DNA from: a virus
Lineage: Duplodnaviria > Caudoviricetes
Reading direction: 5' to 3' (one strand)
Length of the DNA stretch: 24,155 nt
IMG/VR virus record: IMGVR_UViG_3300025270_000077
Coordinates: 1-24,155 of that record
Shown: one piece after another, positions 1-8,875 of the stretch
Layout of the letters: every line of letters starts with the position of its first letter
How positions within the stretch are numbered: position 1 is the stretch's first letter
The notes under the pieces: model-generated
Seen by the model: the letters and a program-made list of their open reading frames with translations, nothing else
Databases searched by the model: none
Told to the model about the DNA's origin: nothing
Position numbers and translations under genes: made by a program

Positions 1-2
1 CA

Positions 3-383
3 GACAATACTGTTGCAGAAGAGTTTCTTATTCAGAAAGATATCAAATTGGACAGTGGGATTACCCATCCAAAACAAATTTTTGAGAAGTGGTCAGCGGA
101 AGAACTCAACGAAATCGGCTATGCCCGATTAACAGAAGAAGGGCCAGTTCCCTCTGGAAAAACGAGTACTGGGATATCTGAGGAACTGGTCGATGGTGTA
201 ATGGTCCGCTCACATATACTTGAGGATATTCCATATGATTATGAACGTTCAAGGCAGCAGGAGTATCCGTTTATTAATGATCTAATTGTGGCTCTTTGGG
301 AGAAGATTGTTGAGGATCGACCCGATTCTGCTACAGCCCTTGAGGTGGAAAGACAAGCTATCAAGGAGAAATACCGCAAATGA
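3..383 (+). CDS. Tail fibre-associated / tail assembly chaperone-like protein, 5'-truncated by the window edge
   Basis: The frame is open from position 3 (DNTVAEEFLIQKDIKLDSGITHP...), so the TTG at 48 is probably not the true start. The C-terminal 'R..EYP.I.DLIVALWE...RQAIKEKY.K' pattern resembles small phage tail-fibre assembly proteins. ATGA overlap with the next gene. Confidence 0.6.
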   Translation, partial: DNTVAEEFLIQKDIKLDSGITHPKQIFEKWSAEELNEIGYARLTEEGPVPSGKTSTGISEELVDGVMVRSHILEDIPYDYERSRQQEYPFINDLIVALWEKIVEDRPDSATALEVERQAIKEKYRK

Positions 384-1060
384 GTTTTCTCTTTTTTCCA
401 ACCTTCGTTTCTCGTGCATCAGCAGTAGCTTATGCTATCACATTAACTGATAGTCCAGTAACGGATACCAATGCGACAACCTACACATTTTCCAGTGTGA
501 ATTTGGGCGCTGCTGCCTCACCTCGAAAAATTGTAATAGCGTTTTCAGCCCGAATGCTAACCGGCGCATCCCCCGGTGCAACAAGTGCTACTGTTGGTGG
601 TAATTCTTGTACACAGTCTGTTGCATCCCCCGGTAGTGCTGGGTCGGATGTTACAGAACAATGGTATGTGGACTTAGATACAGGAACATCAGCAGATATT
701 GTTATTAATATGGGATCTTCAATGGATGCAGCAGGATTGACTGTTTGGAATATGCCGGGAGCAGCTACTGGTGGACCTAGTGATACATTAGCAGCTACGG
801 GAGGTACTGGTTCTGATGCATCAGGAAATATTGATGTTCCAGCAGGTGGTGGTTTAATTTGCTTCGCAGATACAACTGGTGCTTCTAAAAGTTTTACTTG
901 GACTAATGCTACTGAAAGAGTTGATAAGCATTATGATAGTCAGAATGCAATGTCGGGAACTTCTGATGTTTTTGAAGATGCTCAAAGTGGTCGAACAATC
1001 ACAGTCGATCAAGGCTCAACTACTGTTCGGATGGTTTGTACATCATGGGCAGCAGCATAA
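380..1060 (+). CDS. Putative tail fibre accessory / virion structural protein (Ser/Thr/Gly/Ala-rich, beta-rich)
   Basis: 226-aa ORF coupled by ATGA overlap. Composition is typical of tail appendage proteins and it lies in the tail module. Confidence 0.55.
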   Translation: MSFLFFPTFVSRASAVAYAITLTDSPVTDTNATTYTFSSVNLGAAASPRKIVIAFSARMLTGASPGATSATVGGNSCTQSVASPGSAGSDVTEQWYVDLDTGTSADIVINMGSSMDAAGLTVWNMPGAATGGPSDTLAATGGTGSDASGNIDVPAGGGLICFADTTGASKSFTWTNATERVDKHYDSQNAMSGTSDVFEDAQSGRTITVDQGSTTVRMVCTSWAAA

Positions 1061-1070
1061 TGGATAAAAT

Positions 1071-1832
1071 ATGTTTAATCATGCATTATTAATGTCAGCA
1101 GCCCAAGCAACTGAAACAGTCTTTGAAGATTTAGATGGTGTTTTATTTAATGGTACTGATAATGTCTTATTAAAAACATCTGATCTTACAGGTAATGTTA
1201 ATGGTAAAAAAGGAATTATTAGTTATTGGATTAAACTTCAAAGCCAAGATGACGATTTACTATATCCTTTTCAGAATCTTAATGGTACTGTTGCTACCAT
1301 TAGAACAACAGATAATAGCATGAGAATGAATCTTTATGGAGCAAGTAGTTATGCATGGGATGTAACAACTAGTTCAGATACTTTTACTTCATCATCTGAT
1401 TGGGTACATTTTATGGCATCTTGGGACTTAGCTAATACGATAGGACATATATATGTGAATGGAACTTCTGATCAAGCAACAATCGATACTTCTCCACAAG
1501 ATGAAACAATTGATTATACAAAATCTAGGTGGGGGATCGGAGCTTCTTCAACTCCCGGTAATTATTGTAATGCTGATTTTTGTCAGTTTTATGTTAATTT
1601 AGCTGAATATATAGATCTTTCAGATCAGTCTAATCGTGCATTATTTTATAATAATGGACCTGTAAATTTAGGTTCTGATGGATCAACACCAACAGGCAAT
1701 GCTCCAATTATTTTTCAGAATATTGCTGCTGGTGCTGATATAAGTGGATTTATTACTAACAAAGGATCTGGTGGTGGGTTTACTCTTACTGGTACTCTAT
1801 CTCGTTCCTCTACTAGACCAGAAGCCTCTTAA
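1071..1832 (+). CDS. Concanavalin A-like/LamG-type lectin domain tail protein (candidate receptor-binding)
   Basis: LamG-like motifs: 'FNGTD..L', 'ISYWIK', 'WVHFMASWD', 'HIYVNG', 'IGA', 'LFYNNG.P'. Tail-module context. Confidence 0.7.
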   Translation: MFNHALLMSAAQATETVFEDLDGVLFNGTDNVLLKTSDLTGNVNGKKGIISYWIKLQSQDDDLLYPFQNLNGTVATIRTTDNSMRMNLYGASSYAWDVTTSSDTFTSSSDWVHFMASWDLANTIGHIYVNGTSDQATIDTSPQDETIDYTKSRWGIGASSTPGNYCNADFCQFYVNLAEYIDLSDQSNRALFYNNGPVNLGSDGSTPTGNAPIIFQNIAAGADISGFITNKGSGGGFTLTGTLSRSSTRPEAS

Positions 1833-1848
1833 TTGAATTGGAAAAATA

Positions 1849-2244
1849 ATGTTTAAAAATGTTTTAACTATAAGTATTCTACTTAGTTTTCTTTCTTTAC
1901 CTGTATATGCACAAGAGAAAGAAGGTCTGCTTACAATGGGAACAATGTTGGTAAGTACTCCAATTCATTGCGCTCCTTCTAATGAAGCTAAAAAAATATT
2001 TGAAATAAAAGATCTAGTATTCACAGGAATGATAGATAAAGATAATATTTTTAAAGTTTTTATTAATAAAGATAAAGCATGGACATCAATGTTGGAAAAT
2101 TCAGCAGGATTGACTTGTATTTATTTTTCAGGAATGCCGGGATTTTTAAAGGCAGCTAACAAAGAAAAAAAAGAGTTAAAAAGTGATAAACTTGATTCTT
2201 TGATGGAGGGGAAAATTAAAAGGAATACAAAATGGAGCAAATAA
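1849..2244 (+). CDS. Hypothetical exported protein with Sec-type signal peptide
   Basis: MFKN, hydrophobic core, then a VYA|QE cleavage-like site. Two Cys (PIHC, GLTC) and a Lys-rich tail. Confidence 0.6.
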   Translation: MFKNVLTISILLSFLSLPVYAQEKEGLLTMGTMLVSTPIHCAPSNEAKKIFEIKDLVFTGMIDKDNIFKVFINKDKAWTSMLENSAGLTCIYFSGMPGFLKAANKEKKELKSDKLDSLMEGKIKRNTKWSK

Positions 2245-3204
2245 ATGGCTAGTACATATACAACAAACCTTCGTTTAACAAAACAAGGGGATGGTGATAA
2301 TCCTAATACATGGGGAGAAGTGCTTAACAATGTAATAAGTCTTGTTGATCAGGCTGTTGCATCTTATACAACTGTCTCTATAGGATCTGCTGCCACTGTT
2401 ACTCTTACTGAAAATCAGGGAAGTCAGGATCAGTCTCGTTCTGCTATACTAGAGTTTAAAGGAACAGTAGGAGGAGCTAATACATCTATTTTTGTCCTGA
2501 TTCCTAATACTCCTAAAAGCTATGCAATCAGGAATGCAGTATCTGCTAACACAACTGCCAGTGATGCAGTTATATTAAGAGTAGCTGGTAATACAGGTGT
2601 TACTGTACCTGTAGGAGGAACTGGTTTTTTCCTTACCAATGGTACATCTGTATTTTCTCTGGATGCTGAAGGATTTGGTTTAGGAACAGCAGCTACAAAA
2701 AATGTAGGAGTATGTGCTACAAATCTTCCTGATACTTCTTTAGCCGATATCAGATATATACCAACTTCTGTATCAAGTACAATTGTAGCAGAAAAAACAT
2801 TTACAGCTTCTGTTATTTTTACCAGTGCAGTTATAATGGAGAAGACACTTAGAGTTCAGGGAAATATATCTATCTCTGGTGCTGTTAAATCCTATATAAC
2901 AACTCTTACAGATGCAGCTTCCATAGCAATAGACTTTGATGATGGAAATTTATTTCTAGTAACTTTGGGAGGTAATAGAACATTAGCTGCTCCCTCTAAT
3001 GCTACAGCAGGACAGACAGGAAGTATCTATATAGTACAAGATGGTACAGGAAGTAGGACATTAGGTTATAATGCTGTCTATCAATTTCCTTCTGGTTCTG
3101 TTCCTGTAGCTACAACTACCACAAGTGGTGTAGATTTAATAATATACAGTGCCAGAAGTGCAACTGTTATTGATGCAGTAATGTTGAAAGATTTTAAAAG
3201 ATAA
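2245..3204 (+). CDS. Tail fibre / tail fibre adaptor protein
   Basis: N-terminal 'MASTYT.NL.L..QG.G.N..TWG..LN' and C-terminal 'TLTDAASIA.DF..GN.F.VTLGGNRTL..PSN..AGQ.G.I.IVQDGTGSRTL' patterns that I recognise from marine phage tail fibres. Confidence 0.75.
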   Translation: MASTYTTNLRLTKQGDGDNPNTWGEVLNNVISLVDQAVASYTTVSIGSAATVTLTENQGSQDQSRSAILEFKGTVGGANTSIFVLIPNTPKSYAIRNAVSANTTASDAVILRVAGNTGVTVPVGGTGFFLTNGTSVFSLDAEGFGLGTAATKNVGVCATNLPDTSLADIRYIPTSVSSTIVAEKTFTASVIFTSAVIMEKTLRVQGNISISGAVKSYITTLTDAASIAIDFDDGNLFLVTLGGNRTLAAPSNATAGQTGSIYIVQDGTGSRTLGYNAVYQFPSGSVPVATTTTSGVDLIIYSARSATVIDAVMLKDFKR

Positions 3205-3207
3205 ATT

Positions 3208-5361
3208 ATGACAACATCTAAACTAGCAAAATTTGATTTTCAGCAAGGGTTTAATAGAGAAACTACCCAATATGCTGAAGAAGGTAAGTGGTACGATGGC
3301 AATCGTGTTAGGTTTCGTGCTGGCAAACCTGAAAATACAAGAGGATATGAGATAAAAGTATCCACTTCTTTTGATGGATCAGCTAGAGATTTAATAGCAT
3401 GGAAAGATAATGACAATAAGAAAAGAGCTATCTTTGCCACACCTGATAAAGTATATGAACATGATGGAGATAGAATAACAGATATAACTCCTATCACAAC
3501 TGCTGTTACTCTGACAAATTGTTTTGGTACAAGTGTAGGAACAACTAGAGTATGTTGTTCTGATGGCTCACATGGAAGGGCAGCAGGAGATTATGTTTAT
3601 TTTACATCTGCCGCTGTTATTGGAAGTGATGTTACTTTACAAGGAAATGTTTATGCAGTTACTTCTATTGTAAATGCAAATACTTTTACAATATCTGTTT
3701 CAGAAAATGCAGGAGCTACTTCTACTCAAGCAGGATCTGCAACCTTTAATTATTATATTGCCACAGGAACTTCTGTAGCATCTCAAGGAGTAGGATATGG
3801 AGCTTCTGATTACAATGCGGCAGATCCTACATCAGTGGGTCTTAGCAAGATTACGGCTACTGCTGATAGTCCACTTGTTACTGTTTCTTGTGATGCTGCT
3901 CATGGTGGTGTGGCTAATGATTTTGTAGTATTTCAAAATACTTCCATAGATTCAGTTGCAGCTACAATAGGAGGTAACTTAAATCTAACTAAATCGGCAG
4001 CAGGTGGTCCTCAATTTACTATTGTTTCTATAAATAGTACACAAATTATTGTAAGTGCAGCAGCTAATGCAAGTGCCAGTGGAGATGTAACTTCAGGTAT
4101 TAATATGACTGCTTTGATTTATACACAGACAGCAGGAGGAGGTTCTGGTAGAGCATGGGATGAAGAAGCTTCAGCAGATGCCACTGATTTGTCTCTAGAT
4201 ATAGCTCAATGGAGTTTAGATACTTGGGGAGAAAATATTCTTCTTAATCGAAGGGGAAGTAATATCTTTTACTTTGATGTAGATGCTTCTACGACTCCAC
4301 TCAGAGCAACAACAGTTACAACTTCTCCGATTAGTGTTCACTCTGTGATTGTCTCTCCTAATGACAGACATGTAATTGCAATGGGAGCTAATGAATATAG
4401 TGCTACTGCTACAGTTAGTGGAACATTTAATCCTATGTTGGTTAGGTGGTCTGATCAGGATGATAGAACTAATTGGGTTCCTTCCGTAAGTTCTACGGCA
4501 GGTGAGGTAGTATTAACAGATGGAACAAGAGTTATAGGAGCAGTTAGATCCAAGAATGCTATTAATATCTGGACAGATAATTCTCTCTGGTTAATGGAGT
4601 TTGCTGGTCCTCCCTTTACATTTAAGTTTCAACAAGCAGGAACAAACTGTGGCATGATAGGACCACATGCAGGAATTGACTATAATGGTGTAACTTACTG
4701 GATGGGATTTGATAATTTTTATTCTAATACCGGACAGGTAGAGGTATTAAATTCTACAGTTAGACGATATGTTTTTGATAGATTAAATACAACTTATTAT
4801 GATAAAGTTTATACAGGAATTAATTCAGAATTTAAGGAGATTATATGGCTGTATGTTTCTAATGGTGCTACTGAATGTGACAGTTATGTTATATATTCTC
4901 CTGATGAAGGGTATTGGGTATATGGGGATACCTTTTTTACTACCTTTAAAGATAGAGAAATTTTTGGTAATACAATAACAACAGGAGCTACTACTACAGG
5001 AAATTTTTTATATAATAATGAACCAGCAGGAGTATTTACAGGAGATGGTGAAACCTTAACTTCTTTTGTAGAGTCTGCTGACTTTGATATTGATGATGGT
5101 AATGCTATTATGTTTATGAATAGAATTATACCTGACTTTGATTTAACTACTGGTAAAATTAAATTACATATGGTTACTAAGGAATTTCCAGAAAGTACTG
5201 AGTCTATAACAAAAGAATTTGATATAACTAATACTACACAAAAGGTTGATTTTAGAGCTAGAGGAAGGCAAGCAAAGGTAAGGGTATCTTCTGCATCTAA
5301 TAATGCTAGTTGGAAATGGGGATCAATTCGAGTAGCAGTACAGGGAGATGGAGGTAGATAA
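3208..5361 (+). CDS. Tail stabilisation / nozzle-type structural protein (P22 gp10 / tail tubular B-like, beta-propeller)
   Basis: 717 aa with 'GFNRETT.YA.EG.WYDG.RVRFR.G.PE', 'WSLDTWGE', 'PMLVRWSDQ', 'IWTD', 'GPPFTF.F' and C-terminal 'R.RGRQ...W..G..R....DG.R'. Located between tail fibre and internal proteins. Confidence 0.7.
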   Translation: MTTSKLAKFDFQQGFNRETTQYAEEGKWYDGNRVRFRAGKPENTRGYEIKVSTSFDGSARDLIAWKDNDNKKRAIFATPDKVYEHDGDRITDITPITTAVTLTNCFGTSVGTTRVCCSDGSHGRAAGDYVYFTSAAVIGSDVTLQGNVYAVTSIVNANTFTISVSENAGATSTQAGSATFNYYIATGTSVASQGVGYGASDYNAADPTSVGLSKITATADSPLVTVSCDAAHGGVANDFVVFQNTSIDSVAATIGGNLNLTKSAAGGPQFTIVSINSTQIIVSAAANASASGDVTSGINMTALIYTQTAGGGSGRAWDEEASADATDLSLDIAQWSLDTWGENILLNRRGSNIFYFDVDASTTPLRATTVTTSPISVHSVIVSPNDRHVIAMGANEYSATATVSGTFNPMLVRWSDQDDRTNWVPSVSSTAGEVVLTDGTRVIGAVRSKNAINIWTDNSLWLMEFAGPPFTFKFQQAGTNCGMIGPHAGIDYNGVTYWMGFDNFYSNTGQVEVLNSTVRRYVFDRLNTTYYDKVYTGINSEFKEIIWLYVSNGATECDSYVIYSPDEGYWVYGDTFFTTFKDREIFGNTITTGATTTGNFLYNNEPAGVFTGDGETLTSFVESADFDIDDGNAIMFMNRIIPDFDLTTGKIKLHMVTKEFPESTESITKEFDITNTTQKVDFRARGRQAKVRVSSASNNASWKWGSIRVAVQGDGGR

Positions 5362-5636
5362 TGGCAAGATATCCTACCTTACCAATGAATTTAAGTAATG
5401 AAGATCTTACAACAATGTATAAAGAAGTTCAGAGATGGGGATCGGTATTGATAAATGAACTTGATAGTCGGGATCTGGAAATACAGAATAAACCAGCTTC
5501 TAATATATTTAGGGTGGTGACTATAACAAGCATTGGTAGGCCGATAAAGGGAGATATAGCCTATTCAGCTAGTACAGGTAAGTTTAAGGGATATGTAAGT
5601 CTTGGTTCAGAAACATCTTGGCAGGATTTAAATTAA
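5361..5636 (+). CDS. Small hypothetical virion protein
   Basis: TAATG overlap with the upstream gene and GGAGG RBS. C-terminal 'GDIAYS.STGKF.GY....W..L' resembles tail-tip motifs. Confidence 0.6.
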   Translation: MARYPTLPMNLSNEDLTTMYKEVQRWGSVLINELDSRDLEIQNKPASNIFRVVTITSIGRPIKGDIAYSASTGKFKGYVSLGSETSWQDLN

Positions 5637-5875
5637 TGAAAACAATGGCAGAACATTTTAACAGGGTTAATGATAGTACATTATATGGTAATTATAATAC
5701 AGGACAAATTCTTGATCCTTTAAGATATTCCATGCAACAAAAAATTCAAAAACAATTTGAGAGTGGAAAGAAAATAGAATATAATTATAATAATCAGAAT
5801 AATTTTAAAGATGATGTAAGTAACTTGGCAAGTAATCAGTTACAGCAGATAGGATATAGATATGGCAATACCTGA
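5636..5875 (+). CDS. Hypothetical protein
   Basis: The start is more likely ATG 5636 (TAATG overlap) than TTG 5618. It fills the gap between coupled genes. Confidence 0.55.
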   Translation: MKTMAEHFNRVNDSTLYGNYNTGQILDPLRYSMQQKIQKQFESGKKIEYNYNNQNNFKDDVSNLASNQLQQIGYRYGNT

Positions 5876-6722
5876 AATGCAAGATCTTCAGAGGACGATG
5901 AGAACTCCTACTAGTAGAGATAATCCAATTGTACGTCAAGGGATGTCTCCTCAAGGATTACCTACTATGCCTATGGATCGTTTTAGAGCGCCTACTGGAC
6001 CACAAATGGCACAAATACCTGTTCCTATACCTCAACAAATGCCGATGCCACAACCTGGCCCACAAATGGCAATGGCTCCTCAACAAATGCCGATGCCTCA
6101 ACCATCTGGACCACAAATGCCGGTTGCTCCTCCAACAGAGGAAGAATCTCCTCTTCGTGAAATGTTACTTAAGATTACACCACTTATAGTAGCCAAAATA
6201 GGAGATGATGCTCTTAAGGGTTCAGATGCAAAAAAAGAGTTTGAAATACAAAAAGCCAGGAATGAGAACCAACCAGATCCTATGCAAATAGCACTGTCAG
6301 GTATACAAGAATTTGGTGTTCCTGCCTTAGAGAATAATGGAATAAAAGTAGATTCTACTTTTGAAGAAGATATAGAAAGCGGAGGTCTATCAAGAATAGC
6401 GGCAAATGATGGATTAATAGAAATGGCAAGAGGTGGTGACTTCAGAGGACGAGTTCCAGGAGATGGTCATGGTATGGAAGATAATGTATTTATGCCTATT
6501 CAGGAAGGATCGAAACAGGTAGGGACATTGGCTGTCAGTCCCAAGGAGTACGTTGTAGATGCTCATACAATGTCTGCTCTAGGTAATGGCAATGCTGATA
6601 AAGGGGCTGATGTTATGGATAAGGTTGTAGAAAATGTCAGGCACCAAGCTTATGGAACAAGAGAACAGCCAAATGAAATTAATGGTCTTGCTGCTCTTAG
6701 GCCAATGACTGAAAGGGTTTAA
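5862..6722 (+). CDS. Putative internal virion protein with Pro/Gln/Met-rich N-terminus
   Basis: C-terminal 'MARGG...V.GDG.GMED.V......VSPKEYVVDA...SALGNG..D.GA' matches a recurrent phage virion-protein motif (G.G...D.ipa.LS.GEfV). Confidence 0.6.
   Translation: MAIPEMQDLQRTMRTPTSRDNPIVRQGMSPQGLPTMPMDRFRAPTGPQMAQIPVPIPQQMPMPQPGPQMAMAPQQMPMPQPSGPQMPVAPPTEEESPLREMLLKITPLIVAKIGDDALKGSDAKKEFEIQKARNENQPDPMQIALSGIQEFGVPALENNGIKVDSTFEEDIESGGLSRIAANDGLIEMARGGDFRGRVPGDGHGMEDNVFMPIQEGSKQVGTLAVSPKEYVVDAHTMSALGNGNADKGADVMDKVVENVRHQAYGTREQPNEINGLAALRPMTERV
5995..6119 (+). repeat. Imperfect intragenic tandem repeat (48-60 nt period)
   Basis: CCTCAACAAATGCCGATGCC at 6030-6049 and 6078-6097. CTGG(A/C)CCACAAATG at 5995, 6055 and 6106. 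Encodes GPQM..PQQMPMPQP units. Confidence 0.85.
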
Positions 6723-6725
6723 AAA

Positions 6726-8870
6726 ATGGGAATTTTATCTTCACTATTTGGTATAGGAGGTACGGGTAAACAGGCTACAAGTACTCAGATTATACAATCA
6801 CAGATACCTCAAGAATTATCGCCTTTTGTTAAACAGATTTTATCTGAAGCACAAGCTTTATACGGAGCCGATATAGCTAGAGGTTATGATCCTTATACAG
6901 GATTAACAACTGCACCATTTACGGCTGAACAGTTACAAGCACAAGAAGATATAAAAGGTTTAAGAGGAACCCAAGCACCTTTTATACAAGAAGCTCTAGG
7001 CATTCAAAGGGAAGGAGCAGAGAAGTTTACCGATGAAGTAGCCAAAGAATATATGTCTCCCTATCAAAGAGCAGTTACCGATATTGAGAAAAGAGAAGCT
7101 CAGACAAGATTTGAAAAAGATGTTATGCCAAAGTTTGAGGCAAGTGCTGTAGAAGCTGGAGGTCTGAGCGGTCTAGGTTCTAGAGCAGGAGTGGAGGCAG
7201 CAGAACTTCAAAGAGGACAGTCACAGTTATTGGCAGATATAGAAGCCAAGGGATTACAGAGTGCTTTCCTGAATGCTCAAAATCAGTTTGCACAACAGAA
7301 GCAGAGAGAACAACAAATGGCTACTAATATAGGTAGAGCAGGACCAGCCTTATTCGGAGCAACACTGGCAGAAGCTGGTGCAGCAGAAGGAGTAGGAGCA
7401 GAAAGACGAGGACTTGTACAGTCTGCTCTGGATGAAGCATACTTTAAATTCTTGGAAGAACAACAATTTCCTCAACGAACTTTAGCTCAGTATCAAGGTT
7501 CTGTCTATGGTAATCCAATGTTAGGAACTCCTTCTCAAACTAAAACTACAACCGGAACTCCTTATCAGCCTAGTATGGGTCAGAACTTGTTAGGTCTAGG
7601 ACTAACCGGACTTAACATTTATGGTATGGGTGGTGGTGCTGGATTTGGTGGAACTGGTTTTACTGGTGCAAATCTTATGAAGAATATGTATGGCGGTGGT
7701 GGAAAAATGGCTGGATATGCTAAAGGCGGTGGATCTGTAGGAATGTCAGATAAAAATCTGGGTAAGTATATGGAACAAGGTTCTGGTGCTATCTCCGCTA
7801 GTAATAGAGATCGATTGATGAGTCTATATAAGAGTGGTCTATCTGGATTACCTGTGGTTCGGAGAAGGGCAGGAGATCAAGTATTAGATATTTTTAGTGA
7901 AACAGATTATGATGAAGAATATTCTCCTCATCCTCTTCCGGTTGATCAACAAAGAATGTGGCCTAGAGCAGATATAAGTTTACAAGAGTTTCAAAAACTT
8001 TATCCTTCTCTTGATCCAAGTAGAGTAAGAAAGGTATTACAAGATCAAGCTACAAGTATGAGTGAGGAAAGAACACGACAGGCAACAGAAAGAAAATTAT
8101 TAACAGATCCTTTAATTCAATCATTGGAAAGCGGTAGAGGAGCAGGATCTGCTGCAAGAAAGTCTGGAGCGATTTTTACAGGAATTGCTAATATGATGAA
8201 AAATCCTTCTGGGGCTTTAGTAGGTCTTATTACATCCGGTGGAGAAGTATTATCTGAAATTGGTAAGATTACCAAGGAAGATGCAAAATTTGAAGCTGAT
8301 CTTGCAGTAAAAATATTTGGGATTCGGAAATCGGATTTAACAGAAGAACATAAAGCAGCTTTACAGACAATAATAGAAGATGGTAATATACAAAAAACAT
8401 TACTGGAATTACCTGGAAAAGCAAGGTCAGCATTTTTAGATGAGTTAGTAAAAACAGCTACTATAGCTGAGAAGAGAGCTAAAAGACTTGCCGCTGGAAA
8501 AGATAAAGATAAACTAACTGCTACTGTAGATAAGAGGTTAGCTAGTATGGCAGCAGGAGCGTTTGGTTATCAAGCAGTATTAAATGATAAAGGCAACCTT
8601 CAAATTATGGATGGAAAGAATTTAGTATTAGGAGGAGATAATAGAAAAGTTACAGGAAAAATAAATAAGCTACTAAAAGCATATGGTAGAAATAGAAAAT
8701 TAGGAAAGGATGAATCAACTGCAATAGCTGATTCTTTTACTGAAGTTTTTCCTGGAAAACCTGTACCTGAAATAGAAGAAGTAAAAGTAGAAGTTAACAA
8801 AAAGCCTAACAAGATTCCTGGTTCAAGTGTTCATACTTTTGATCCCAATGCTAGAAAAAAATTACAATAA
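6726..8870 (+). CDS. Internal virion / DNA ejection (pilot-like) protein
   Basis: Gln/Ala-rich helical N-half with 'YMSPYQ..V.D...R...GG..GSRAGV..AEL', then a Gly-rich hydrophobic segment and a Lys-rich C-half. Typical position before the largest internal protein. Confidence 0.65.
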   Translation: MGILSSLFGIGGTGKQATSTQIIQSQIPQELSPFVKQILSEAQALYGADIARGYDPYTGLTTAPFTAEQLQAQEDIKGLRGTQAPFIQEALGIQREGAEKFTDEVAKEYMSPYQRAVTDIEKREAQTRFEKDVMPKFEASAVEAGGLSGLGSRAGVEAAELQRGQSQLLADIEAKGLQSAFLNAQNQFAQQKQREQQMATNIGRAGPALFGATLAEAGAAEGVGAERRGLVQSALDEAYFKFLEEQQFPQRTLAQYQGSVYGNPMLGTPSQTKTTTGTPYQPSMGQNLLGLGLTGLNIYGMGGGAGFGGTGFTGANLMKNMYGGGGKMAGYAKGGGSVGMSDKNLGKYMEQGSGAISASNRDRLMSLYKSGLSGLPVVRRRAGDQVLDIFSETDYDEEYSPHPLPVDQQRMWPRADISLQEFQKLYPSLDPSRVRKVLQDQATSMSEERTRQATERKLLTDPLIQSLESGRGAGSAARKSGAIFTGIANMMKNPSGALVGLITSGGEVLSEIGKITKEDAKFEADLAVKIFGIRKSDLTEEHKAALQTIIEDGNIQKTLLELPGKARSAFLDELVKTATIAEKRAKRLAAGKDKDKLTATVDKRLASMAAGAFGYQAVLNDKGNLQIMDGKNLVLGGDNRKVTGKINKLLKAYGRNRKLGKDESTAIADSFTEVFPGKPVPEIEEVKVEVNKKPNKIPGSSVHTFDPNARKKLQ

Positions 8871-8875
8871 TAATT

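Noticed and set aside
879-1067. 62-aa alternative-frame ORF
   Set aside because: Nested in the 380-1060 gene in another frame, with no RBS or recognisable motif.
5995-6119. CRISPR-like or DGR template/variable repeat
   Set aside because: The repeats are in-frame coding units without unique spacers or adenine-specific mismatches, and there is no cas or reverse transcriptase gene in the window.
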